61,555 nt of DNA from an uncultured Planctomycetales bacterium (GTDB lineage Bacteria; Omnitrophota; Gorgyraeia; Gygaellales; JAHJCI01), in contig CAZQEY010000006.1 in the NCBI GenBank assembly GCA_964592485.1, positions 1-61,555 of the forward strand, in the 5' to 3' direction. Of this stretch, positions 49,525 to 58,546 are shown piece by piece (positions within the stretch are counted from its first letter, which is position 1; every line of letters begins with the position of its first letter). A program made the translations under genes and the position numbers. A model generated the notes under the pieces. That model was not told the origin of the DNA, made no database searches, and saw nothing but the letters and a program-made list of their open reading frames with translations.

Positions 49525-50100
49525 TTAGTAACTCTCACAAAAAAGTTCAAAATAGGCTTGAGGATGAGCACAGGAAGGACAGCACCTTGGTGCCTCTTGC
49601 CCCTCGTACACATACCCGCAATTGCGGCACTTCCACTTAACCACGGTATCCTTTCTGAATACCCTGCTCTCCTTTATGTTCTTCAGTAATTTTCTGTATC
49701 TTTTTTCATGCTGCTCTTCTACCTTGGCGATTTCTTGGAATTGAATGGCAATCTCTCCAAAACCTTCTTTTCTGGCTGTTTCTGCTGCTTCTTTATAAAG
49801 CCTTGTCCATTCAAGATTCTCTCCTGATGCAGCCTCTTGTAGATTTGTTGCCGTATCCCCGATTACGCCTGCCGGATAACTGGCTGTAATTTCAACATCA
49901 CCCCCTTCTAATAATTTAAAGAACCGCTTGGCATGTTCTTTTTCGTTGCCGGCAGTCTCTAAAAATATTGCCGATATCTGCTCGTAACCTGCCTTTTTTG
50001 CTACGCTGGCAAAATAGGTGTAGCGATTCCTCGCTTGCGATTCTCCGGCAAATGCCGCCAGGAGATTCTTTTCTGTTTTTGTCCCTTTTAGCTTTTTCAA
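49525..50100 (-). CDS. rbr: Rubrerythrin (TTG start)
   Basis: AFAGESQARNRY, EKEHA, C-terminal WKCRNCG...CPSC. Confidence 0.93.
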   Translation of the reverse strand: MKKLKGTKTEKNLLAAFAGESQARNRYTYFASVAKKAGYEQISAIFLETAGNEKEHAKRFFKLLEGGDVEITASYPAGVIGDTATNLQEAASGENLEWTRLYKEAAETARKEGFGEIAIQFQEIAKVEEQHEKRYRKLLKNIKESRVFRKDTVVKWKCRNCGYVYEGQEAPRCCPSCAHPQAYFELFCESY

Positions 50101-50121
50101 CTTTCTTCCTCCCTTCTTCGC

Positions 50122-50583
50122 TTATTTTATCTGATGCGGAGTAAGGTCTATTATTTCGCTCACCTGCATTACAATCAAATATGCAGGTTTAGGCAGGAGC
50201 GCTTCCACTTGTCGGGAATGCCCCTTATCTCCCTGGATATTCTTTATAATGCGGCGGGTTATTCTGGTAGTAAGCCTCCTCTCCCATGCCTTCATTATTC
50301 CGGGACCAAGATTTCTATCCGATATTATTCTTGCCCTCCCTTTCAGGCAATACCCGATAAATCTATGCTCATCAACCGCCGTAATACTTATGTGCGGATT
50401 TTGCCTTAAATTTTCATATGTTTTAGCTCGATAAAGGTCAAGTAGATAAATCAGGCCCTGCGGTTTTATCTTTACTATACCTTTACAGGAGCTATGCGGG
50501 CTTCCATGCTTATCGATAGTGGAGACAATAACAAAACTCTGATCTTGAAAAAACTGAATTATATCATCGTGCAATCTCTTCAT
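50122..50583 (-). CDS. Pyridoxamine 5'-phosphate oxidase-like FMN-binding protein (MKRLH start preferred)
   Basis: VSTIDKHGSPH, KTYENLRQNP, GYCLKG. Confidence 0.78.
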   Translation of the reverse strand: MKRLHDDIIQFFQDQSFVIVSTIDKHGSPHSSCKGIVKIKPQGLIYLLDLYRAKTYENLRQNPHISITAVDEHRFIGYCLKGRARIISDRNLGPGIMKAWERRLTTRITRRIIKNIQGDKGHSRQVEALLPKPAYLIVMQVSEIIDLTPHQIK

Positions 50584-50603
50584 AATTCTGTTCTGATTCT
50601 CAA

Positions 50604-50729
50604 TCAACCTCCTATCTTCTCCATCGGTTCCCCGCAACAAACGAGTTCTCCGCCGCCTACCTTTGTTACGGTAACCTCATTACCGCAAACATTGCATCTA
50701 TATTTCTCTCCCACCTTTTCTACGGCCAT
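50604..50729 (-). CDS. Desulforedoxin-like FeS4 protein, 41 aa, absent from the ORF track
   Basis: Manual translation [41 protein letters not shown]; RBS GAGGAGGTG. Confidence 0.9.
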   Translation of the reverse strand: MAVEKVGEKYRCNVCGNEVTVTKVGGGELVCCGEPMEKIGG

Positions 50730-50735
50730 ATCACA

Positions 50736-50954
50736 CCTCCTCAAATGAGCAGATACCCCGGCCCTTTCTTTACCTTACCTTACCCTTTCGTTTCTTTGTT
50801 GAAAGAACTGGAGTATAGGCCAAAGGCCGTCTGCGAATTTGACCCCGCCCTTTTGGTTCATTAGACACTACGTTAACTATCCAAAAGGGCGGGGTAAATT
50901 CAGACATATAAGTTATGTCGCTCTCCGAGCTCCATAACTTATGTCTTCATTTAC
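50736..50954. repeat. Modular intergenic scaffold, copy B
   Basis: Shares blocks with 47905-48090 but has different inserts in two slots. Confidence 0.85.
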
Positions 50955-51901
50955 AATTTTATATTTTTGATTATCCCCCTTAGTGTTTCTGCCGAATGCT
51001 TAAACTGCTCCTGCTCAATAGTAGAAAGCTCAAGCCTTAAAAACTTCTCCACACCATTTCGGTTCACTATAGATGGTATGCTTAGGCAAACATCGCTTAT
51101 CCCATAATAATTATTTATTAATGTAGAAATCGGCAAAACAGAATTCTCATCTCTCAACACAGCCTCCACAATCCTAACCAGCGCCAGGCCAATAGCATAA
51201 TAAGTGGCGCCCTTTGCTTCAATAATTTTATAAGCCGCATTTTTTACTTCTTCAAAAATCTTACCCAGTTCATTTTTATAATCACATTTATTACTACAAA
51301 TCGGACAATACTTAGCCAATACCATACCGCCGATATTGGCATTACTCCATACAGGAAGCTCAGTGTCTCCGTGTTCGCCTATGATGTAAGCATGGACGTT
51401 TCTTGGGTCTACGTGGCAGTGTTCGCTTATTAAATATCTGAATCTTGAACTATCCAGAACCGTACCCGAACCAAAAACTCTATTAGCAGGAAAGCCTGAA
51501 ATCTTTAATGTTAAATAAGTGAGGATATCCATAGGATTTGAAACCACTAATAAAATAGCATCACCAGCATATTTCGCTATCTTGGGTATAATATCCTTAA
51601 AGATTTCGGCATTTCTTTGCACTAAATCTATTCTGGTTTCACCCGGCTTCTGTTTAACGCCGGCGGTTATAACTACGATATCCGCATCTTTGCAACCCTC
51701 ATACCCTGCAGCGTGTACATCTACCGGCTGAACCAGACTAACCCCGTGGTTTAAATCCATGCATTCACCACGAGCGCGCTGTTCGTTCCTGTCAATAAGG
51801 ATTATTTCCCTGGCCAATCCGCTTATCATCAGCGAAAACGCGAAGGTGCTGCCGACATTTCCTGTGCCCACTATAGCAATCTTAGACCTTGGACCTTTCA
51901 T
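50951..51901 (-). CDS. ldh: L-lactate dehydrogenase
   Basis: VGTGNVG, QKPGETRIDL, GSGTVLDSSR, GEHGDTE, KGATYYAIG. Confidence 0.93.
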   Translation of the reverse strand: MKGPRSKIAIVGTGNVGSTFAFSLMISGLAREIILIDRNEQRARGECMDLNHGVSLVQPVDVHAAGYEGCKDADIVVITAGVKQKPGETRIDLVQRNAEIFKDIIPKIAKYAGDAILLVVSNPMDILTYLTLKISGFPANRVFGSGTVLDSSRFRYLISEHCHVDPRNVHAYIIGEHGDTELPVWSNANIGGMVLAKYCPICSNKCDYKNELGKIFEEVKNAAYKIIEAKGATYYAIGLALVRIVEAVLRDENSVLPISTLINNYYGISDVCLSIPSIVNRNGVEKFLRLELSTIEQEQFKHSAETLRGIIKNIKL

Positions 51902-51909
51902 CTTGACTC

Positions 51910-52554
51910 CTAATTGATTATCTCTTTTAACTTTAAGAGATTATCTATTATGTAATCCGGTTTGGCTCTCAGGATATCTTCAATTTTGCCTATCCCATAT
52001 GTAACCGCGCAGGTAATTATACCCGCCCTCCTACCGGTTAATATATCTATATCCATATCTCCAACCATTATAGTTCTTTCTTTATTAATATCAAGTCTTT
52101 GACTAAATCTGTCCAAAGGGCAAGAGGAAGGTTTCATACAACTCGTATCGTCGCCACCTATTGTATCTTCGAAATAATCATATATGCCGGTTGTTTTTAA
52201 GGTAAGTATTGCGAACTCGCGGTTCCTGTTGGTTATTATTAACTTTTTCTTATTTTTAAAAAAATTTAATATTTCTTTAACGCCAGGGTACAGAGTTGAA
52301 TTATCTGTTGAATGCTTTCTATAATACTGCTCGAAAATGGATATGGCTTTTTTAAAAAGAGTGCTCTGTTTATCTGCCAGAGATTTCCTGATTAAATCCT
52401 CTACACCCATGCCAATATAAGAACTTATTTCTGTAAGACTTTTCTCGGTAAGACCGACTTTTCTTAAGGTAAAATTAACTGCATTGGCTATGTCTTGCCT
52501 GGAATCAATTAATGTTCCGTCTAAATCAAATATAATAAGCTCTACGAATTTCAT
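51910..52554 (-). CDS. HAD phosphatase (Gph/PpaX-like)
   Basis: FDLDGTL, MKP, MVGDMDIDI. Confidence 0.88.
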   Translation of the reverse strand: MKFVELIIFDLDGTLIDSRQDIANAVNFTLRKVGLTEKSLTEISSYIGMGVEDLIRKSLADKQSTLFKKAISIFEQYYRKHSTDNSTLYPGVKEILNFFKNKKKLIITNRNREFAILTLKTTGIYDYFEDTIGGDDTSCMKPSSCPLDRFSQRLDINKERTIMVGDMDIDILTGRRAGIITCAVTYGIGKIEDILRAKPDYIIDNLLKLKEIIN

Positions 52555-52565
52555 AATAATTTAGC

Positions 52566-53282
52566 TTAATAACCCAGAAAATTCTCTGTCTTGATTTTAT
52601 CTTCTTGAATGCTTAATTTATTCCTTAAAACATTTCTTAAGCCTTCCACCATTCTGGGAGGGCCGCAGATGTAAAAAAACCTCTCATTGTAATCTTGTAT
52701 CTCCTGTCTTATCATTTCATCATCTATATAACCAATTCTGCCCGGCCAGGTTTGTTTGTCTATGTCTGGAGAAGTCAAGGTGTAAACTATGCGGATATTT
52801 TTATTAGCTGAACCCATCTGGTCTAAGTCCTGTCTAAAAATAATATCCTCCTGATTATGGTTGCTATAAAGTAATACTATATCTGTAAGTAATCCTGTGT
52901 CCGCGACGAACTTGCATATACTCCTTATGGGAGTAATCCCTATTCCACCTGAAAGAAAGGCTATTTTTTCATTCTCTCCTCCAAGACCAAATGAACCATA
53001 GGGCATCTTTATATGTGCCCAATCGCCTATTTTTAATTTATCCAGAGCCTGGGAAAATTCACTATCAGTTATCCTTTTGGTAAACTCTACATACCCCTTC
53101 TCGGTAGGAGAATTTGAGAAAGAGAAATGCTTTTGCCTCTCACGGTCACCAAGCTTTATGGTAATGAAAAAGAATTGACCCGCTTTAAATTCTACACCTT
53201 CTTCTATTTTAAAACGGAGGCTTTTTACGTTATGGGTTCTTTGTATTATATCCAAGACTTCTGTATCGAACTTAATTATCAT
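52566..53282 (-). CDS. FNR-family FAD/NAD(P) oxidoreductase (MIIKF start preferred over 53369)
   Basis: GQF, HFSFSNSP, GGIGITP, YICGPP. Confidence 0.88.
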   Translation of the reverse strand: MIIKFDTEVLDIIQRTHNVKSLRFKIEEGVEFKAGQFFFITIKLGDRERQKHFSFSNSPTEKGYVEFTKRITDSEFSQALDKLKIGDWAHIKMPYGSFGLGGENEKIAFLSGGIGITPIRSICKFVADTGLLTDIVLLYSNHNQEDIIFRQDLDQMGSANKNIRIVYTLTSPDIDKQTWPGRIGYIDDEMIRQEIQDYNERFFYICGPPRMVEGLRNVLRNKLSIQEDKIKTENFLGY

Positions 53283-53331
53283 ATATTCTTTCTGGTTTGA
53301 TATAAATCCTGACCTTTCACAATTAAAGGCC

Positions 53332-53883
53332 CTAAATTCTATGCGCCACAAATTCAGCCAAAATAACAATATCCTCTGTGCATAAGATATCCTTTATGCT
53401 TTTATCAAAAAGAATATTGGCTTCGGGACCGAATTCCTCATCAGGACGCCAGATGGAAATAAGCACAGGTATATTATCAAACACCTCCAAAACAATACTG
53501 AAATCTGCCAGTTGAATCCTTTTTGCTTGAAAACGCTCTGATAAATCAAGAATAGCTTCGGGATTCCTGCCATATTTCTTAATAATAGGGTCGATCACCC
53601 GCTTCTTAAATGCCGGATAATAACCCTGGCCCCCGTCTAATTGCTGAAAGGTAATCCACTCTCCGCTTAACTTGGGCAGTCCTGTTAATCTCTGTTTAAG
53701 ATAATGCAGAATCAGTATACTAATATGGTCTTTCGCCAAAACGTTACAGGATAAGGATAAAATACGCCTATTCTCTAAATCAACTGAATATTCGTCGGAC
53801 AAAAAGCGCAGAGCAATATTTTTATCCTTAGTTTCGACCTCTAACTCCGACCAAGCTTTAGATAGAGCCACAGCATAACCCAT
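53332..53883 (-). CDS. DUF3786-like protein
   Basis: LILHYL...GEWITFQQLDGG..Y...F.KR; DEEFGPEANILFD..I..IL..ED. Confidence 0.78.
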   Translation of the reverse strand: MGYAVALSKAWSELEVETKDKNIALRFLSDEYSVDLENRRILSLSCNVLAKDHISILILHYLKQRLTGLPKLSGEWITFQQLDGGQGYYPAFKKRVIDPIIKKYGRNPEAILDLSERFQAKRIQLADFSIVLEVFDNIPVLISIWRPDEEFGPEANILFDKSIKDILCTEDIVILAEFVAHRI

Positions 53884-53896
53884 TTTAAATATTCCT

Positions 53897-54631
53897 TTAA
53901 CTCATAACCTTCGCTAATACCATAAATAATAGGCCGAGGATAAAAGTGATAAAGGCAATATTTGCCCTTCCGATATCCTTCTGTTTATGCAGTTCTGGTA
54001 TTAAATCGGATGCGGCAATATAGATAAAACCTCCGGCAGTAAAGGAAATCAAAAATATGGAGAAATTTTCTGTAATCCCGGATAAGATATATCCCGCAAT
54101 AGCGCCCAATACTGCACAAAGCGCACATATAAAGTTAAATAATAACGCTTTGGACTTGCTAAAACCGCCATAAACCAAAATCCCAAAATCGCCCATCTCC
54201 TGGGGGATTTCATGGAAGATAACAGCCAGGGTAGTAACTATACCTAATCTCAAATCAGCCACAAAGCTGGCTGCTATGATTAATCCGTCAGTAAAATTAT
54301 GCACACCGTCTCCAATTAAATTTAAATAAGTAAATGTATGAATATCGCAGATACCATTATGGCAATGTCTCCAGTAAAGATACCTTTCCATCAAGAAAAA
54401 GATTGTAAAACCAATCAAGGCGTAAAAGAATACAAGATCACAACTGCATTGCTCTACTGCCTCTGGCAGAAGATGCAAGAAAGCACCTCCAATTAATCCG
54501 CCAGCGGCAAACCCCACAAGCAGAACCAACAGTTTATCAAAAATCTTTGTCTTTACTCCGAGGGTAAATATTCCAACGAGCGAGATAAGACTAACCAGTA
54601 TTGTGGCGGACAAAATCCATATCAGGGTCAA
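53897..54631 (-). CDS. ZIP family metal transporter
   Basis: GDGVHNFTDG, FHEIPQEMGDFG, YIAASDLIPEL. Confidence 0.92.
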   Translation of the reverse strand: MTLIWILSATILVSLISLVGIFTLGVKTKIFDKLLVLLVGFAAGGLIGGAFLHLLPEAVEQCSCDLVFFYALIGFTIFFLMERYLYWRHCHNGICDIHTFTYLNLIGDGVHNFTDGLIIAASFVADLRLGIVTTLAVIFHEIPQEMGDFGILVYGGFSKSKALLFNFICALCAVLGAIAGYILSGITENFSIFLISFTAGGFIYIAASDLIPELHKQKDIGRANIAFITFILGLLFMVLAKVMS

Positions 54632-54673
54632 TTAGAATACCTCCTTTATAACTCCGTCGCCTTTCTTATCATA

Positions 54674-55840
54674 TCAAAATATCACATTCGCCAAAATGCC
54701 CAAAATTATTACCTGCGGCACTGTTATTATAGGCAACCAAATAGCTACTCTTCTGCCTACGTTGGCCCATAAAAGACCTATTTCGGTATAATCAGTTACC
54801 ACGCCCGCCATAAGAAATACAAATACATTTCCAAATGCCGCTGTCTGTCTGTATATCTCAAAGGCAAGAGGCGCTGTTCCTTCCGAACATACCTCCAGTA
54901 TTGTAGCAACAAGGAGGGTAATAAACAGCCCCGGAAGCGTTGGACCCATATAATTTTGTAAGATATTCGGCGGTATATAGGCTGCGGCGAGACTGGCTAA
55001 ACCTATACCTATCAATATCCACCATAATACCATATTAGTTAAAGAAACCGAACCGAAAAATACTCCTTTTATATCTTGTATTAATTGCTTTAGGGAAAAC
55101 TTATGTAACCTGATTCTGGTTTTCAAGTCTTTGAGTATAGAGAATCCCTCCTCAACCTGTTTGATGTTTCTATTACTTTCTATGAGATTCTTTGCTTCCA
55201 GGAGTTGATAAATAAAACCTGTTATTACCGCAATAACCAGCGCACAAACTATTATATACAATGCCTTCAGTCCGAAAAAGCCTATTAGCAGAACGGTTAG
55301 AGGAAGGTTTGCCCAGGGGCTGGCTAAAAGAAATGCTACAACTGCGGCATTGGAAGCGCCTTTTTTGTGCAACTCAATGGAAAGAGCTAAAATTCCGTGA
55401 CTGCATGCGCTCATAAAAAACCCGAGTATTACAGAGTAAAATATGGTTCTCTTTTTAGGCTTTGACAAAATATGAGATACGTATTCCCGCGGTATAAAAT
55501 AATCTATCACCCCACCCAGCAATAACCCCAGAAGAACAGCCCACCAGATTCTTTGAATATACATTGATAAGGATTTTCTAAATGGTTCCAAGACAGGAGT
55601 AATATATGAAAGAGCAGAAATCAGAAATAAAGCGAAGATTACTATCAATGTCTTATTTTTATACCATTTTGCCATTGGCTGAACTGGACAAGCAGCTAAT
55701 TGTTTATCTCTGATGTTGTGCTCTTCGGCGAATTTGTTTAGGCAATTCTGGCTGCAAAAATAATAGAATTCACCCCCTTGCTTGAGCTTTAACGCCGTAG
55801 ATTCATCAACTCGCATTCCGCATATCGGATCTTTAGCCAT
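54674..55840 (-). CDS. YHS domain fused to an ArsP-like (DUF318) permease
   Basis: KDPICGM...YYFCS..C (YHS); ACSHG, ASPW, VCSEG TM motifs. Confidence 0.85.
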   Translation of the reverse strand: MAKDPICGMRVDESTALKLKQGGEFYYFCSQNCLNKFAEEHNIRDKQLAACPVQPMAKWYKNKTLIVIFALFLISALSYITPVLEPFRKSLSMYIQRIWWAVLLGLLLGGVIDYFIPREYVSHILSKPKKRTIFYSVILGFFMSACSHGILALSIELHKKGASNAAVVAFLLASPWANLPLTVLLIGFFGLKALYIIVCALVIAVITGFIYQLLEAKNLIESNRNIKQVEEGFSILKDLKTRIRLHKFSLKQLIQDIKGVFFGSVSLTNMVLWWILIGIGLASLAAAYIPPNILQNYMGPTLPGLFITLLVATILEVCSEGTAPLAFEIYRQTAAFGNVFVFLMAGVVTDYTEIGLLWANVGRRVAIWLPIITVPQVIILGILANVIF

Positions 55841-55846
55841 TTTATA

Positions 55847-56053
55847 TTATTCCTCTCCGATACATTCACTGGCCCTCTTACACCAATCAATGCAGGATGG
55901 TAACCTCTCTTGATATACCAAAGTTTTGCATTTCGGACATTTAGCATTTATCTCATCAGAGAAAATCTCTACTTTGTATCCACAATCTGGACACTCAAGC
56001 ATTCTAACCTTAAGGTTTCTTCTGTCCTGTCCGGGGCATTTATTATTTATCAT
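55847..56053 (-). CDS. Small Cys-rich zinc-ribbon-like protein
   Basis: CPG, CPDC, CPKC, CIDWC...C; 8 Cys in 68 aa. Confidence 0.75.
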   Translation of the reverse strand: MINNKCPGQDRRNLKVRMLECPDCGYKVEIFSDEINAKCPKCKTLVYQERLPSCIDWCKRASECIGEE

Positions 56054-56057
56054 TGAA

Positions 56058-56468
56058 TCAATCGCTCCTGTTTTCCAGTAAGGACGCCAATGTAATACTT
56101 CTTAACTCGGAGATAACAAACCTTTGAATACTATCTAATCTTTTCTTAAGCTTGCAGGTCTTGATATTTGGACAAATCCTTTTTTTAAAAATGCATTCGT
56201 CAAGCTTTATCGGACCCTGGAATATCTCAATCAAATCCAGCAAAAATATCCTATTTATTGACCGCGCTAACACAAAACCGCCTCCCTGACCTTTATACGA
56301 CCTGAGTAGCCCTTTTTTATTTAATATCTGCAGTATCTTTCTTAGAAATGGCCTGGGGATTTTCAATTTACTAACCAAGCTCCTAACTGAAATTATCTCA
56401 TTCTTCTGACAAGCAATAAATGCCAAAGCCCTTACTGCATAATCGGTATCGCGGGTAATTAGCTTCAT
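56058..56468 (-). CDS. Rrf2 family transcriptional regulator (MKLIT start preferred)
   Basis: TDYAVRAL, FLRKILQ.L...G...S.KGQGGGF, C-terminal C..C...C. Confidence 0.92.
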   Translation of the reverse strand: MKLITRDTDYAVRALAFIACQKNEIISVRSLVSKLKIPRPFLRKILQILNKKGLLRSYKGQGGGFVLARSINRIFLLDLIEIFQGPIKLDECIFKKRICPNIKTCKLKKRLDSIQRFVISELRSITLASLLENRSD

Positions 56469-56483
56469 ATCGAACCTCAAGAT

Positions 56484-56512
56484 AATGATACCATATTAGT
56501 ATCATTTGTCAA
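56484..56512 (-). promoter_or_regulatory. Promoter overlapped by an 8-7-8 inverted repeat, probable Rrf2 operator
   Basis: TTGACA at 56512-56507; AATGATAC-N7-GTATCATT at 56484-56506 covers the -10 region. Confidence 0.7.
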
Positions 56513-56572
56513 GTAAAATTTTAAGCGCCTGTTATTTTTTAAATTAACAAAAGGCACTTGCGGGCTAAACGA

Positions 56573-57661
56573 TTAAACCAAAATAGGGATTCTGGAGCCT
56601 GAACTATCAAAGAAATACATCCGAGAACTATCTAGGTTCAAATTAACTGAATCCCCTGATTTCAACCTAAACGTACCCTGTATTTTTACATTTACCTCTA
56701 TGTCTCTGCTTAATCTTATATGGGCAAAACTATCTTCACCGATTGTTTCTGTGAAGATGAGCTCACCGCCAAGTTCTGCCCTTTGTGTTAAGGCTATGCC
56801 GGAAGGCCTGATGCCAAGATAAATTCTTTTATTAACGAATCTCTCTAATGACCTCTGAAACTCATGAGGAATTTGGAATTCAAAATCACCCTTTCTCAGA
56901 ACTAACCCACTATTTTGCCTGAATACCTCTAATTCAATTATGTTCATTGGGGGAATACCGATAAACTCAGCCACAAATAAATTGCCGGGATTCTGATAAA
57001 GTTCTTGGGGTGCGGATATTTGCTGTATCTGACCGCCCTTTATCAACACCACCATTTCACCCAAAGCCATTGCCTCTATCTGGTCGTGGGTCACATAAAC
57101 AACTGTTTTCCTAAGCTGCCTATGCAGCTTTATAAATTCTGCCCGCAATTCAACGCGCAGTCTTGCATCAAGGTTCGATAACGGCTCATCAAACAGGAAG
57201 AGTCGCGGTTCTCTTACTATCGCCCTACCGGTTGCCACGCGCTGCCTCTGTCCTCCGGATAGCTCCCTGGGGAAACTGCCCAGTTTCTCCTCAATGTTTA
57301 ATATCCGGCTGACCTTTTTTGTCCTTGATGCTATCTCTTCCTTCTTTAGTCCTCTAACCCTTAAACCAAAGGCAATATTCTCAAATACAGAAAGATGTGG
57401 ATATAGAGCATAATTCTGAAATACCATAGCAATATCCCGTTTATGAGGAGGTAGCGCGGTAATATCCCTATCGCCCAAATATATTTTGCCCGTGGTTGGT
57501 TCTTCTAATCCGGCAATCAGATTTAACAGGGTAGATTTTCCGCATCCAGAAGGACCGAGCACTACACAGAATGTGCCATCACTAATCTCTAAATTGATAT
57601 TAGATAACGCCGTTATCTTACCAAAGCATTTGGATAGATTTTCTAATCTCAAAGTAACCAT
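56573..57661 (-). CDS. Sugar ABC transporter ATPase (MalK/UgpC-like)
   Basis: GPSGCGKST, FQNYALYPH, LSGGQRQR, TOBE domain. Confidence 0.92.
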   Translation of the reverse strand: MVTLRLENLSKCFGKITALSNINLEISDGTFCVVLGPSGCGKSTLLNLIAGLEEPTTGKIYLGDRDITALPPHKRDIAMVFQNYALYPHLSVFENIAFGLRVRGLKKEEIASRTKKVSRILNIEEKLGSFPRELSGGQRQRVATGRAIVREPRLFLFDEPLSNLDARLRVELRAEFIKLHRQLRKTVVYVTHDQIEAMALGEMVVLIKGGQIQQISAPQELYQNPGNLFVAEFIGIPPMNIIELEVFRQNSGLVLRKGDFEFQIPHEFQRSLERFVNKRIYLGIRPSGIALTQRAELGGELIFTETIGEDSFAHIRLSRDIEVNVKIQGTFRLKSGDSVNLNLDSSRMYFFDSSGSRIPILV

Positions 57662-57727
57662 ATCTTTATTCTTTACTTTAGGGACACCCTCCCGATTGGC
57701 AGAAAGGATGTCCCTAGGTTTTTATTG

Positions 57728-58546
57728 TCAGCCCTTCATTGCCCCTGAGAGATACCCTGGCTTTAGGTGTTTCTGAAACACAAAGCTCAAAAACAACACA
57801 GGCATAGTGATAATTACTGCATAGGTTGCCGAATAAAATAAATCACCTCGGGATATATAATAATACATTTTAAGCGGCATTGTCGGTTCGGCCAGGCAAA
57901 GATAGGAAGCATAGATAAACTCATCCCAGGAAAGAAGAAAAGAAAATATTCCGGCAACAGTTATCCCCCCCAGAGAAAGCGGAAGAATAATCTTAATTAA
58001 TGCCTTTAGCCGGGAACAGCCATCAATACGCGCCTGCTTTTCCAAGTCTGGGGGAAATCCAGAAAAAACCCCCACAAGGATAAAGCAGGTTATCGGCAGA
58101 ATCCTGATTAAGTGAGCCAATATAAGGCCAGCTATAGTATCAAAAAGGCCCATCCTAATAAAACTAATTGAGACAGGAAGAGCTATACTTACCTCAGGAA
58201 TCATACGGGTCATAAATATTACGAGAACCAATGCATATCTAATCCGGTAGTCAAACCTTGAGATAGCGTAAGCAGCAGGAATGGCAATTAACAATGCCAG
58301 CAAACTGGCCAAGAAAGCAGTAATTAGACTTTTTTTAAGCGGTGAGAAAAGACTGTCTCCCGAAACAAATACATCCCTAAAATGGCTGAACGTAAAATGT
58401 TTTATAAGATAGGGTGGTTTTTCTGTGAATATATCCGAGGGTGCACTCATTGAGATTTTGAACATTATATAAAGGGGGAAAAGCAAAAGCAGGATAAAGA
58501 TAATTACGATGCAAAATATCCAAAAATTCCCAATCCTGTTTCTCAC
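57728..58546 (-). CDS. Carbohydrate ABC permease (MalG-like)
   Basis: EKQARIDGCS EAA motif, SWDEF. Confidence 0.9.
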   Translation of the reverse strand: MRNRIGNFWIFCIVIIFILLLLFPLYIMFKISMSAPSDIFTEKPPYLIKHFTFSHFRDVFVSGDSLFSPLKKSLITAFLASLLALLIAIPAAYAISRFDYRIRYALVLVIFMTRMIPEVSIALPVSISFIRMGLFDTIAGLILAHLIRILPITCFILVGVFSGFPPDLEKQARIDGCSRLKALIKIILPLSLGGITVAGIFSFLLSWDEFIYASYLCLAEPTMPLKMYYYISRGDLFYSATYAVIITMPVLFLSFVFQKHLKPGYLSGAMKG

